NCBI GenBank assembly: GCA_016839365.1
Contig: JAEOUH010000047.1
Location: 18,152-82,151 of the forward strand
Reading direction: 5' to 3'
Length of the DNA: 64,000 nucleotides
Origin: Candidatus Hermodarchaeota archaeon
GTDB taxonomy: Archaea > Asgardarchaeota > Hermodarchaeia > Hermodarchaeales > Hermodarchaeaceae
In this document: piece by piece, positions 1 to 10,772 of the stretch
Position numbering within the stretch: the first letter of the stretch is position 1
Layout of the letters: each line of letters starts with the position of its first letter
Position numbers and translations under genes: made by a program
The notes under the pieces: generated by a model
Told to the model about the DNA's origin: nothing
The model's input: only the letters and a program-made list of their open reading frames with translations
The model's database searches: none

Positions 1-94
1 CATAACCACGGTAGGTGAGTTTCTCGGCACATTCGACGAGGATTTCGCCGATATCATTGCGTTTGTTGCTGGTTATTGCGAATATGCCGCACAC
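1..94 (-). CDS. glmS: glutamine--fructose-6-phosphate aminotransferase (5' part only, runs off window)
   Basis: Manual translation from GTG at 94: MCGIFAITSNKRNDIGEILVECAEKLTYRGY(D); matches the GlmS N-terminal MCGI...YRGYD signature; AAGGAG RBS upstream. Confidence 0.85.
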   Translation of the reverse strand, partial: MCGIFAITSNKRNDIGEILVECAEKLTYRGY

Positions 95-165
95 ACAATT
101 TCGCTCCTTGTAATTGGCTTCACAGGCAAAATTCGTTTAACTGTGTTTCGTTATTGCATCATTTT

Positions 166-1428
166 CTATTTTTCAAGACCAAGCGCTTGACGAAGTTGGT
201 TGAGATCTGGGTCAATGACTGGTGGTGTTAAAACTCGTTGAATGACTATATCTTGGTCTTTTAATCCGCTACCTGTTGCTTCAACTAGAATGCATTCCGA
301 GGGGTCTTGAGTTCCTAATTCGAGTTGAACAAGTAGACCAGCGAGTCCAGTAACTCCGGAAGGCTCTGCAAAAATTCCTTCATACTTTGCGAGCAATTGT
401 TGTGCATAAAGAATCTTGTCATCTTCAACCGCTATGGCAGAACCTTTCGAATCCCGTATTGCAGTAAGAGCAAGGTCACCATCCCAAGGTAAAGGATCAC
501 ATAATCCTTCAGCGACGCTGTGAGGCGAGGCACAAGGGACAATCTTGAAAGGATCCTGATTAGTAAGGTACGCTTGAACAAGTGGAGCACATCCGGTGGC
601 TTGAACAGCCAACATACGAGGATGACCCTTTACTAGCCCAAGTGTTTCAAAATCAGTGAAGCCACGCCATTGACCACCGAGTAGGCCCCCAGCACCCACT
701 TGAACATAGGCTATGTCGGGCACATTCCAGTCGAGTTGTTCAATGATTTCGTATGCAAGGGTCTTCGGGCCTTCGGCTTGATATGGATTGAAAGGTCCAA
801 AGCTTGGGCAAGGAGTCCACCCATAAGTGCCGCAGGCTTCCCGTAATAATTTGACCGTTGGATCGTCCCCTTTGTGTAATCCACGGAGTCGTACAACTTT
901 TGCTCCGTATAGGAGCAGTTGAGCGATTTTTCCCATGGGTGCAATATCCGGTACAAAACAATAGCAGGAAAACCCTGCACGGGCACAATATGCCGCCAAG
1001 GCGGCAGCTGCATTACCACTACTTGCCGAAGCAAGAGTTGTTGCACCGTGCTCTTTGGCTTTCGAAACACCAACAGTCATGGGGCGATCTTTGAATGACC
1101 ATGTAGGATTTCGTGTTTCATCTTTAATGAAGAGCTCACGCAGCCCCAGGTGTTCAGCAAGGCGTTTGCTACGGAGGAGAGGCGTGCCGCCCTCACCAAG
1201 GCTGATTATGTTTGATTGATCTTTAACGGGAAGTAGTTCAGAGTAACTCCATACTCCAAGAGGGCGCCTAATCAATTCCCTCTTAGTTATGATTTCTTTG
1301 AGTTGTTCGAAATCGTAGTGGACATCAATACGTGCGTTACATTCGTGAGTTTTACAGAAAAGTGGATTCTGGGATTCTTCGTATTTGCTTCCACATTTTG
1401 GGCAACTGAGATGAGTTACATATGACAC
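166..1428 (-). CDS. thrC: threonine synthase (PLP-dependent)
   Basis: N-terminal Zn-ribbon CPKCG, LGEGGTPL, NPTWSFKDR (PLP lysine), ASSGN, FAEPS motifs. Confidence 0.9.
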   Translation of the reverse strand: MSYVTHLSCPKCGSKYEESQNPLFCKTHECNARIDVHYDFEQLKEIITKRELIRRPLGVWSYSELLPVKDQSNIISLGEGGTPLLRSKRLAEHLGLRELFIKDETRNPTWSFKDRPMTVGVSKAKEHGATTLASASSGNAAAALAAYCARAGFSCYCFVPDIAPMGKIAQLLLYGAKVVRLRGLHKGDDPTVKLLREACGTYGWTPCPSFGPFNPYQAEGPKTLAYEIIEQLDWNVPDIAYVQVGAGGLLGGQWRGFTDFETLGLVKGHPRMLAVQATGCAPLVQAYLTNQDPFKIVPCASPHSVAEGLCDPLPWDGDLALTAIRDSKGSAIAVEDDKILYAQQLLAKYEGIFAEPSGVTGLAGLLVQLELGTQDPSECILVEATGSGLKDQDIVIQRVLTPPVIDPDLNQLRQALGLEK

Positions 1429-1430
1429 GG

Positions 1431-2183
1431 TTAACTGGCCTCCAATTGGGTTTCACTTTGTAATGCGACTAACCCATCGTGGATTATTACATATCGTTCT
1501 GACATGCCTTCTAAATGTTCAAAGAGGGTTGTATAAACTGATCGACTTCGTAATGGCGCTTTCGTGTCTAAGTCATCGATGGGAGCAAGAGATTTACGTC
1601 TAATAGCGCGTCTAAAAGCGATTACTATTCGATAACCATCTTCCCGTCGAAGCCGTGCTTGCTGTTTCTTCGACAGAATATGGAGGAAACTATCGAGCTG
1701 TGTCTTCAGAGAGAGTGAATCAACTATTATTACTAAACACGCAACAAACAGAAAGATACTTCCTATCATCTCACTTTCCCACCAAGATAGTTGCGTTATA
1801 GGAGCCATCAAATCCAGTGCCGCTCTCAAGCAGCGTAGGCTTACATCCCGTTTTTGGGCTAAATAGAACAGGTCGCTAGCCTCGAGTAAGAGACCGGCGG
1901 CTCTTGTGGGCTGGTGTTTGCGCCAATAATAGTCCCCGCTAACGAGGACAAAGACTAGCGCATCTTCGTGCTGTTTTTTCTCCCGAAGTTTTGCGGCTTC
2001 TTGCAGGTATTGACCTAACTTCGCCTTGGCCACATCCGATCCAGGCGATGTCATTAACCCTGTTAAGCGTAACTCAGCTTCTGTTTCAAATGACTTTCGG
2101 TGATTCCCAACCGCCTTATAGAGATCCCGCCAGAAATTTTGCAGAAAAACACCTCGTAACAACCGGGAAAGTGCTCTTTCCAA
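1431..2183 (-). CDS. hypothetical alpha-helical (TPR-like) protein; start uncertain
   Basis: 250-aa ORF directly upstream of thrC on the same strand; helical-repeat-like pattern, no recognised motif. Confidence 0.55.
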   Translation of the reverse strand: MERALSRLLRGVFLQNFWRDLYKAVGNHRKSFETEAELRLTGLMTSPGSDVAKAKLGQYLQEAAKLREKKQHEDALVFVLVSGDYYWRKHQPTRAAGLLLEASDLFYLAQKRDVSLRCLRAALDLMAPITQLSWWESEMIGSIFLFVACLVIIVDSLSLKTQLDSFLHILSKKQQARLRREDGYRIVIAFRRAIRRKSLAPIDDLDTKAPLRSRSVYTTLFEHLEGMSERYVIIHDGLVALQSETQLEAS

Positions 2184-2306
2184 TCCTTAGCTTATAAGAC
2201 TGAAAAACATTCGGTGAAATCTAAAACTTCAAAGAAAGTGAGGTTTATTCATCGAATCTAGCAAAGTTTATGTTGGTCGAACCTTTGTTTCAGTTGGTGG
2301 CGTCAA

Positions 2307-5300
2307 GTGGTTTCCAAGCGGACTGTAGTGGCAGCTATTTCCGTAGCCATTATCCTAATGATAATTCTTAGTTTTCTTTTGCCACTTATTTTTGTGCCAC
2401 CTATTCCGCGACAACGACCATTCGATGACATCCCCGATTGGGGAACTGGGGTGACAGTAGAGGGGGGAGAAGACACCATCCTTGATAATATTACGCTTGA
2501 GGATGTTACCTTAGATCTAAACTGGTCAATTGACCCGACATTCATTGTTGCCATTGTCTCACCGGTGGATCCACCTCGTTATTGGCGAACTACCGCCTAC
2601 GACCGATATACTGGAACCGATTGGGAAAAGAGCACAAACGCCACCCTGCCACTTCCCATGGTTACTCCCGCAGGTGAGACAGTGTATACCATAACCCAAA
2701 ATATTACCAATCAGGGTCCAACGGGAACATTTCCTCTCTTATCCTTGTGGCCGGAACCCCAAATTATTGACCAGTCCCTTCAATTTCCCAATCTTTCCGA
2801 TCCTAATTCCTATAACCTTGAGGTTGATGAGTTCGGAACTGCCCTTTTCAACGGATTCTTCTCCCAAACGGGAACCGCAACCTTGCAATATCAGGTTACT
2901 TACCTACCCCGAAATTGGACACTAATCCGCCCACAATCGCTCCCAAGTAGTTCGACTCCAGCTCCTATTCTCGCTCAGTATCAACAGCAAGGGCTTACTA
3001 TGATGAGCGCTTCGACCCGTTCGAATGTACAGACACGGTTATCGTCGATTCTTGCTGGTGTACCCAATACAGCCTTCGAGCAAGCTTTTGCCATTCACAA
3101 CTATTTCAAAGCAAGTTTCGCCTTTGACCCGTTTGTTCCAAGACCAAGTTCGAGCGAGGAGCATGTTGAATGGTTTCTCCAGCAAGGCGGAGGTATAGGA
3201 ATTGACTTTGCCACCACTTATACAATGTTTCTCCGTGAAGCGGGAATTGCCGCCAGACCGGTCTTTGGAGCAGTGCTTGGAGAAAATCAGGGGAGTCAAC
3301 GGGTCCTTCGTCTGATGCACCTTCATTTTTGGGTCGAAGTGTATATTCCTACCGCTTCACAGGGCTATTGGATTCAATTTGACCCCACCCCGTTACCCAG
3401 CTTTGTCACCGACGGTAGCCCTCCACCCGTACCCAGCCCACCAAACCAGTCTCCCACCCCTGTTGTGCCCGATGAGGACCCCTGGGTTGTGAGTAGCTAC
3501 TTGAACCTAGCCGTCAGCGTTTCTTCTCCCATTGTCAACCGATTTCAGCTATTTCAAATCAGTGCAACTCTTACCGAGGATGGCGTCCCCCAAGCTGGTG
3601 AGACGATTTCATTCTATGATGAAACCGAACAATGGTTCTTGGGAAGCAGTGTAACCTCGGCTCTTGGTGTAGCGAGTGTAACCTTTGAGTATAACAATTC
3701 AGCCATCGTTGGTGGACACTTACTCAGCGCGGAATTCATCGCCTTGAGAGCGTACAACGTCACTGCACTTTATGGTGCAGCAAATCTGTTGATGTCCGTT
3801 GCCCCATTGGAAGCGAACCGAAGTACATTCGTTCATATTAATGGTACATTAACCGATGCGGTTAATGGCAGAGGGATTTCAGCTAATGAAACCGGCTTCA
3901 CAGGCGTTAATATCTTATTCAATTTCGCCCTTGCTTCGCAACCGTTAACTGACGCACTAGGTCGTTACGCGGTTGATTACTCAATTCCTCTCTCTCAAGC
4001 ACCTTTAGGTCCAACGCAGGTGCAAGCCGCATTTGTTTTACCAGGTGTCATAGATCCAACGGCGAGTGGAATTGAAATATTAAATGTCACTGCCACCTCA
4101 CAGCTTACTGTCCAAGCACAACCGAATTCGGTACGGTTAAACAGTAATACTACACTTCAAGGCCAACTAAGATATGACAACGGCACAGGAATTGCCGGAC
4201 AGAGCATTCTACTGTTTTGGAATGGAACACCTGCTGGCACAACAAGCACTGATGGGGCTGGCTACTATTCTCTGGATTATAATGCTACAGCAATTGGACA
4301 GGTCACCATTGATGCCCGGTTTTTAGGTGCTCAATATGTGTACGGTTCACAGGCATCAAGCACTGCTCTCGTGCACCAACAAGGCACAATCGTTGTATAT
4401 GTAGACGATGATGATGGTGACGATATCACCCAACGGGGAAATACTGTTTTCTTTTCAGGTTATGTTGAAGATCAATATGGAACCCGCCAAGGATCCGTGA
4501 CCGTCCGTATTTTTTTGAATGGAACTCAGGTTGCTTCTACTGTAACCTTTGCCAACGGGTCGTACTCAGTTAGTTTTTTGCTTCCAGGAACCCAACCGGT
4601 GGGTATTCGTGAGGTCACTGGGGATGTCGTTCATGCAACATTGATAGCCATCTCCAGCTTTGATTATTTTCTAATTAATTCATCAACCGCGGTTCAGAAC
4701 CTAATAGTTGATATCTCCCCTGCCCTGCTGGGGGAAACAGTCACTCTTATTGGTCAACTTATTGATGATCAAAGAATCGGGCTTTCAGGACAAAGTCTTG
4801 ACCTTGCTATTTCTTACTTAGCCACCTCCATCCCAATTGGACCAGTGTTAACTCAACCAGGTGGCACGTTTTCATTTGTTCTACCGATTCCAACAATCAT
4901 TCCTTCAAGCGTTTCGACCATTTCATTGGATGTGACCTATGTTGGGACCCTCTATTATGGCGCCAGTGGCAATTCTTCGTTTCTTTACATCTTCTCAAAC
5001 GCGACGCTCCTGATTGATGTCCCTGCGGGACCTTTTGCGTGGAATGAAAGCATTCTGGTAAATGGTTCCCTTGTCGATAATTTTGGTCGTCCCCTACCTA
5101 ACCGAGATATCCAGCTTTTCGTTAATGGAACGAGTAACATTTTAACTGCATCAGATCAATTGGGCCACGTCGGGTTCCTGATTAGATTCAGACCTTCAGG
5201 AATCAACGATGCGACCTATGCCCTACAGCTCCGGCACGAAACGATAATTACCCTTAACTCGTCTGTAAGAAACATAATTGTGGAGGCCGAACAACCCATG

Positions 5301-5813
5301 CAACCACCACCATCTCTACCAATTCCCCTTGAATGGATTTTTGTTATAGTCATAATCATTGTCATTGCGATTATTGCCTTTCTTGGCTATCGCTACTGGA
5401 AACGCCGTCCTCGGCAGCCTACTGTACCATCAATAGATGCAGCAGCGATGCTGACTGCTCTTCGTCAGCTTCTGACAGATAAGAAATACAGGGAAGCCAT
5501 CATCTACGCCTTCCGGATGTATGAAGCCATCATTCAGGCTAAACTCGGAATCTATCGCGACCCTAGTATAACAGTACGAGAGTTCGCCAATCTCACTGTT
5601 GCGCATGGCCGCCTAGACTCCCGAAATATGGAGGTTTTCATTCGGGGTGTCGAAGAAGCCCGCTACAGTGATCATCCCGTTAGCTATAATCTGGCGCTCT
5701 CCACATTGAGTGCCTTTGCCAGTCTCTACAACTCCTTAACTGGAGGCAATCTGCGGTTTGTCACGCAAGAAGAACAACCCCAACCAAATGCCCAACCAAC
5801 CGAAAGCGGCTGA
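2307..5813 (+). CDS. membrane-anchored transglutaminase-like (TgpA-type) protein with Ig-like repeats and C-terminal DUF4129-like domain
   Basis: N-terminal TM, YWRTTAYDRYTG motif, FLREAGIAARPVFG...HFWVEVY...WIQFDPT core, repeated beta-rich modules (G-x-L-x-D-x-x-G-x-x-I/L), TM then TVREF...EEARYS. Confidence 0.8.
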   Translation: MVSKRTVVAAISVAIILMIILSFLLPLIFVPPIPRQRPFDDIPDWGTGVTVEGGEDTILDNITLEDVTLDLNWSIDPTFIVAIVSPVDPPRYWRTTAYDRYTGTDWEKSTNATLPLPMVTPAGETVYTITQNITNQGPTGTFPLLSLWPEPQIIDQSLQFPNLSDPNSYNLEVDEFGTALFNGFFSQTGTATLQYQVTYLPRNWTLIRPQSLPSSSTPAPILAQYQQQGLTMMSASTRSNVQTRLSSILAGVPNTAFEQAFAIHNYFKASFAFDPFVPRPSSSEEHVEWFLQQGGGIGIDFATTYTMFLREAGIAARPVFGAVLGENQGSQRVLRLMHLHFWVEVYIPTASQGYWIQFDPTPLPSFVTDGSPPPVPSPPNQSPTPVVPDEDPWVVSSYLNLAVSVSSPIVNRFQLFQISATLTEDGVPQAGETISFYDETEQWFLGSSVTSALGVASVTFEYNNSAIVGGHLLSAEFIALRAYNVTALYGAANLLMSVAPLEANRSTFVHINGTLTDAVNGRGISANETGFTGVNILFNFALASQPLTDALGRYAVDYSIPLSQAPLGPTQVQAAFVLPGVIDPTASGIEILNVTATSQLTVQAQPNSVRLNSNTTLQGQLRYDNGTGIAGQSILLFWNGTPAGTTSTDGAGYYSLDYNATAIGQVTIDARFLGAQYVYGSQASSTALVHQQGTIVVYVDDDDGDDITQRGNTVFFSGYVEDQYGTRQGSVTVRIFLNGTQVASTVTFANGSYSVSFLLPGTQPVGIREVTGDVVHATLIAISSFDYFLINSSTAVQNLIVDISPALLGETVTLIGQLIDDQRIGLSGQSLDLAISYLATSIPIGPVLTQPGGTFSFVLPIPTIIPSSVSTISLDVTYVGTLYYGASGNSSFLYIFSNATLLIDVPAGPFAWNESILVNGSLVDNFGRPLPNRDIQLFVNGTSNILTASDQLGHVGFLIRFRPSGINDATYALQLRHETIITLNSSVRNIIVEAEQPMQPPPSLPIPLEWIFVIVIIIVIAIIAFLGYRYWKRRPRQPTVPSIDAAAMLTALRQLLTDKKYREAIIYAFRMYEAIIQAKLGIYRDPSITVREFANLTVAHGRLDSRNMEVFIRGVEEARYSDHPVSYNLALSTLSAFASLYNSLTGGNLRFVTQEEQPQPNAQPTESG

Positions 5814-7203
5814 AGCGAAAAAACGGAGCAAATTCATCACTATCTTTGTCTTCTGCTTCGTGTTCGCCATAGCGTGGCTGCCAATTTTACTCAGCATTAC
5901 GGGTGTCGGTGGCGTTGACCTGCTCCCATTCTCAATCTATAACACAAGCACTGATCCAGGGGACGGCTGTTCAGAACTTGCCAGTGAATTGGTGAGCAAT
6001 GGGTATGAGGTTCATCCCTTAATCAGCTCTCTAAGTGTGATTAACAGCATTCCCAGCAACCACGTCCTTTGTATTATCGGACCTACTCACTTTTTTTCCA
6101 TAATTGAAATTTCAGCGCTATTAGACTTCTTCATGAATGGGGGAAGCCTGCTATTAGTAGATGATTTTGGTTCTGCGAATAACATACTAGATGGGCTAGC
6201 GGTTTACAGCGACACGTGGCCCAAACGGACCGTGAATCTAATGGTCGTATCAGACATTCGCTTTTCTCACGGTCTCCTCTTAGATGCAAGCATCAATGAA
6301 AACGGGCTCCCTTTGCTCCCGGTAATCAACTCTTTTAATGATGGGGGGCGCATCTTTTCTCCTGGTCACCACGTTGTAATGAACTACGCCTCATCCATTG
6401 AAGGAGCTTCAGGTTACGAGCTAGCCGCCTCCTCGACGAACTCATGGATTGTAGCCGGAGATGTTTACAGTCATGTAATAAATGCAGGCGATCCCAATTA
6501 CATCGCCTATAACGCAACCCGAGGAGACCAACCTGGTCCACTTCCAGTAATGCTAGAGATGCAGGTAATGAATGGCACGTTGATTATGCTTAGCGATCCT
6601 AGCATCTTTATCAATAATATGATTGACCGTGGCACCAATCGCCGGTTTGCCGTCGAACTGTTTACCTACCTTGCGAATCAGGCGAATGCAAACTCCATCA
6701 TAATTGATCATAACCATTTAGGATGGACCCCAAACTCACCGGTCCTTTATGTAGGGTTGATGTTGGGGCAAATCACTTATGTTTCGACCAATTGGATTTT
6801 AGCCCCCTTGGCACCGCTTTTAGCCATTTGGATGGTTCGGCGGTACCTACCATTTGGACGCCCAGAGAAGCAGAAACCTATGGAAATCTATCGGTTACGG
6901 GGCCAAACGATGTTCACGAGAACATTGTATGAGTACATTAACAACCAGCGTTATAACGAAGCCCTAAAAATCATCTATGGCCAACTTAAGCGCGATTTAG
7001 GTCGAAAATACGGGTTACGCATTTTTGATGTACCACGACTTCTTGTAACGGTTTCGCGCACACGACAGCCAAGCGATATTGCACTTATTACAGATGATTT
7101 TGAAGCACTTGAAAAAGTAGTCCATACATCAAAACGGATTAAACGTGAAGAATTTCTGGACCGCTTTTTCCAAATTCAACGTATACGAGACAATATTGGG
7201 TGA
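5758..7203 (+). CDS. DUF4350-like membrane protein of MoxR operon
   Basis: N-terminal TM, GGSLLLVDDFG and LSDPSIFINNMI motifs, position in TgpA-MoxR-DUF58 cluster. Confidence 0.7.
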   Translation: MSRKKNNPNQMPNQPKAAEAKKRSKFITIFVFCFVFAIAWLPILLSITGVGGVDLLPFSIYNTSTDPGDGCSELASELVSNGYEVHPLISSLSVINSIPSNHVLCIIGPTHFFSIIEISALLDFFMNGGSLLLVDDFGSANNILDGLAVYSDTWPKRTVNLMVVSDIRFSHGLLLDASINENGLPLLPVINSFNDGGRIFSPGHHVVMNYASSIEGASGYELAASSTNSWIVAGDVYSHVINAGDPNYIAYNATRGDQPGPLPVMLEMQVMNGTLIMLSDPSIFINNMIDRGTNRRFAVELFTYLANQANANSIIIDHNHLGWTPNSPVLYVGLMLGQITYVSTNWILAPLAPLLAIWMVRRYLPFGRPEKQKPMEIYRLRGQTMFTRTLYEYINNQRYNEALKIIYGQLKRDLGRKYGLRIFDVPRLLVTVSRTRQPSDIALITDDFEALEKVVHTSKRIKREEFLDRFFQIQRIRDNIG

Positions 7204-7209
7204 AATGAA

Positions 7210-8178
7210 ATGAGTAGACGCAGAAGAAGTGAAGGAATGACCATTTCTGAAGTACGAAGCCATGCAACCAAAATCCTCGACGAAGTAGGCAAGGTGATTG
7301 TGGGGAAACGCAATATTCTCCAAAATATCCTGATTGGACTACTAGCGAAAGGACACATCCTCCTTGAAGGAGTGCCCGGCATCGCAAAAACTTACATGGC
7401 AAACGCCTTTGCCCAAGCCATTGGCTGTGAGTTTAAGCGAATCCAATTTACCCCGGATATGTTACCCGCCGACATCGTTGGAACTAACATCTATGACCCT
7501 AACACAGGGGAATTTCGCCTACGAAAAGGTCCAGTCTTTTCAAATCTTGTGCTAGCCGACGAAGTCAACAGATCACCCCCAAAGACCCAATCAGCGTTGC
7601 TTGAAGCGATGCAGGAAAAGCAAGTTACTATTGAAGGCGCTACGCTACCCCTTCCAGAACCATTCATGGTTTTGGCAACACAGAACCCTATCGAATTAGA
7701 AGGAACATATCCTCTTCCCGAAGCACAGGTTGACAGATTCTTGTTTAAGCTTCATGTCGATTATCCTTCGGATGCGGAGGAGGTAGAGATTCTTCGTCGG
7801 AAGCATCAACCCGAGGAGGTTGATATTGAACCCGTCGCGGATCCACATATTTTGATGCAGATGCAGGAATCGACTAAGCGGGTATTCGTTGAGCCTTATA
7901 TTATGTCGTATATTCGAGACATCGTTGTTCGCACGCGGAATGATCCTCAGATTTTGATTGGTGGTTCGCCTCGTGCATCGATTGTGTTGCTTGACACTTC
8001 CAAAGTTCATGCGGCGTTTAGTGGTCGTGACTATGTTACACCAGACGACATTAAGATGTTGGCTCAGCATGCGCTGAACCACCGTTTGATTCTGAAACCC
8101 GAAGCTGAATTGGAAGGCACTTCCGTCCAGGCTGTTGTGGACCGGATTCTAAGGCAGATTAGTGCACCGGGAGCGTAA
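7210..8178 (+). CDS. moxR: MoxR-family AAA+ ATPase
   Basis: GHILLEGVPGIAKT, RIQFTPDMLPAD, LADEVNRSPPKTQSALLEAM, TQNPIELEGTYPLPEAQVDRF. Confidence 0.95.
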   Translation: MSRRRRSEGMTISEVRSHATKILDEVGKVIVGKRNILQNILIGLLAKGHILLEGVPGIAKTYMANAFAQAIGCEFKRIQFTPDMLPADIVGTNIYDPNTGEFRLRKGPVFSNLVLADEVNRSPPKTQSALLEAMQEKQVTIEGATLPLPEPFMVLATQNPIELEGTYPLPEAQVDRFLFKLHVDYPSDAEEVEILRRKHQPEEVDIEPVADPHILMQMQESTKRVFVEPYIMSYIRDIVVRTRNDPQILIGGSPRASIVLLDTSKVHAAFSGRDYVTPDDIKMLAQHALNHRLILKPEAELEGTSVQAVVDRILRQISAPGA

Positions 8179-8184
8179 GTTTAC

Positions 8185-9507
8185 GTGTTCTCCGAACGTG
8201 GACGAACAGTTCTCCTCATTGGGATATTCATCCTCGTCTCGGGATTTGCCTTTACAAATTTCGTTCTTGTCATTTTAGGCATCTTTCTTATCATAGGATC
8301 CGTAGCCAGTTCACCCTTTTTTCATCTGACCATGCCGGTTGAAACTCTTGAAGTGACCAGGGAAATCGACAAACGCAAAATTTTCCAAGATGATTTTCTG
8401 CATGTGAAACTTATTGTGAAAAATTCGGGGTCTCATCGAATCGATTCAATTGATATTTTCGATGTATATCCTGAGATATTTCGACTGGTGTTGGGACAGA
8501 ACAGAATTCGAACCCGTATTGACCCGAATCAAGAGATTAAATTCTCATACATTCTCCAAGCTCCACTCCGAGGGAAGTTCACTTTTGGACCCACTAAATT
8601 TCAGATATATGATCGGTTAGAGTTTCGGTTTGAAGAAATGTCTGGAGAGAATTTTGAAGAGCTTCTAATTTATCCTAATGTCGAAGAAGTCCGTATTATG
8701 GAAAGTCTCGCAAAGAAGCGCCGAGTGGGTCATATGTTTGGAATTCATAAGACCCGCCAGATGAGTTTAGGGACCGATTTCACAGGTATCCGGAAATATG
8801 AAGTGGGAGATGAATACCGCCGGATTGACTGGAAGGCGTCTGCTCGAACACAAAAGCTCATGATGCGCCAATATGAGACTGAGCGCAACATTCGCATGTT
8901 TATCATTCTTGATATTGGTGCAACCATGGCAGCTGGGCGTCCAGAAAATAGTAAACTTGAGGCCGCCATCCGTGCAGCCTTGATGCTCGCAAAGATGGCG
9001 ATGGAGCGAAAGGACCATGTTGGACTATTAAGTTGGTCAACGAAGCAACATTCGTTCTTGAAACCTGGGTTAGGTGATGCCCATTATTATCGAATGCTCG
9101 ATCTGTTAGCTGAGATTTCACCTGGCGGCGAGTTCGATTTGACCACGGCCATTGAGTATCTAGCGCCACGCGTTACTCAGCAAAGCTTCTTTGTAATAAT
9201 TACCGACCTGGAATCAAATCGTAAGCGTTTGGAAAAAGGTGTCAAACTTATTCGTGGTTACAAACATAATGCAATAATTGTTCGACCTTTTGGCCCATGG
9301 TTCGAAATAGAAGAGATTTACCTCTCCCCTGTTGAACGAGCCATTGGAGAGGCGATTGTCCACAGGCTTCTTGAAGAACAGTCTCAGTTATCGAAAAGCT
9401 TCCAACGAGTGGGTGTAACAATTGTTCCTGTTGGCCCCGGGGATTTTCTTCCCACAGTTTTAAGTGAGTATCTCAAGGCGAAGAAACGAAGTATAGCGGT
9501 GATTTAG
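8185..9507 (+). CDS. DUF58 (VWA-like) MoxR-associated protein
   Basis: DFTGIRKYEVGDEYRRIDWKASAR motif, follows moxR. Confidence 0.9.
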   Translation: MFSERGRTVLLIGIFILVSGFAFTNFVLVILGIFLIIGSVASSPFFHLTMPVETLEVTREIDKRKIFQDDFLHVKLIVKNSGSHRIDSIDIFDVYPEIFRLVLGQNRIRTRIDPNQEIKFSYILQAPLRGKFTFGPTKFQIYDRLEFRFEEMSGENFEELLIYPNVEEVRIMESLAKKRRVGHMFGIHKTRQMSLGTDFTGIRKYEVGDEYRRIDWKASARTQKLMMRQYETERNIRMFIILDIGATMAAGRPENSKLEAAIRAALMLAKMAMERKDHVGLLSWSTKQHSFLKPGLGDAHYYRMLDLLAEISPGGEFDLTTAIEYLAPRVTQQSFFVIITDLESNRKRLEKGVKLIRGYKHNAIIVRPFGPWFEIEEIYLSPVERAIGEAIVHRLLEEQSQLSKSFQRVGVTIVPVGPGDFLPTVLSEYLKAKKRSIAVI

Positions 9508-9527
9508 GAAATGGAGGCAGAAAATCA

Positions 9528-10772
9528 ATGACACGATACATTCTTTGGGTGCTCCGGGGCATCGCTGTAGCCGCATTCATTGCTTTTGCCGCTATTATAC
9601 TGATGAGTCTAAATCCATTAGTATGGCGTATCGCGGGACCTAGTGGCATCTTCACCGCACTTGTAGACTTCGCAGTCGGACTTCGTAATGTGTTAACTTT
9701 ACTGATTATTTCTTTCATCGAATTAGCTGCAGCTGTAAGTGCGTACATCACAGGTTTTCTGACACAACAGGATGCCGCTGGACTTGTTACGTTCTTCCGA
9801 GATGCGATTACTGCGTATTTCCAAGCCTTTGGATTCAGTCTAGCGCCTGCTGGGCTCCCTCCATTCGATTATGTGATTATTTTTCTCCTTAGCTTCTATT
9901 TCTTGTCCTTTTGGATTCTACTGATCATTGCCATTATCGCAGGCGTTACGTCATTTCTTAGAGTGAGTGGCCGATTAGCATCATTGTGCTTCATCTCGAT
10001 GATTGGATTAGCAATCCTTGGTGCTGCTGGGATTGTGCTGAATATTCCAGGCAGCGAAAACGGCTACTTTCTTCCAAGTGCTGAGTTTATCTGGCCCTTG
10101 TCATGGCCTGTATTACTTGTGGCCTTGGTGGGCTTCATCTACCTCGAAGCCTCCTACCAAGTCGTGTATTTTTACTCACTTCTTGAGCCGGTAACTGTTC
10201 GCGAAGAACAGTTACGAAGGCAAATAACTCAGTTGCACACTGATGCTCAAAGACAGGTGCCGGTGCAAACTGAGGAGGTTCCAGTGCCTAAAGCGCTTCA
10301 ACGAATGTTAGGCTCAGATGCGTTTCGATTAATGCGCCAAGTGATTGAAAGAAAATTGTTACGCAGAGAATGGCTCGTCGAATTGAAAGACGCCCATGAG
10401 GTACGACGATTGAATAGGTTTGTTACGCGGTTATTCCGGGAAGACCCAGAAGCTGAAGCCACTCTAACTGCGCGTGCTTCAACGCCCTCAATATATCGTA
10501 TGACTGTCTTATCGATCAGCTCATCAGCTATTGGGTTTATTTTCGTGCTTCTCATTGCGTATATTTGCATCAATCCTCTAGCCTTTCTAACCCTATTGAA
10601 TGCCCCGCCAATCATTATTGAATCAATTGAGCTGTTATTTCTGCCCGAAAAAACACTGTTGTTTCTGGTGCCCCTAGCACTGCTCTTTCCTCTTGCAGCT
10701 TCGATAATCGGCTATATTCGACAACGACGTGCTCAACCAGCAGAGCCGACTAGACCGACAATAACACAGTAG
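9528..10772 (+). CDS. polytopic membrane protein, last gene of MoxR operon
   Basis: Multiple hydrophobic segments; GGAGG RBS; co-oriented. Confidence 0.7.
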   Translation: MTRYILWVLRGIAVAAFIAFAAIILMSLNPLVWRIAGPSGIFTALVDFAVGLRNVLTLLIISFIELAAAVSAYITGFLTQQDAAGLVTFFRDAITAYFQAFGFSLAPAGLPPFDYVIIFLLSFYFLSFWILLIIAIIAGVTSFLRVSGRLASLCFISMIGLAILGAAGIVLNIPGSENGYFLPSAEFIWPLSWPVLLVALVGFIYLEASYQVVYFYSLLEPVTVREEQLRRQITQLHTDAQRQVPVQTEEVPVPKALQRMLGSDAFRLMRQVIERKLLRREWLVELKDAHEVRRLNRFVTRLFREDPEAEATLTARASTPSIYRMTVLSISSSAIGFIFVLLIAYICINPLAFLTLLNAPPIIIESIELLFLPEKTLLFLVPLALLFPLAASIIGYIRQRRAQPAEPTRPTITQ

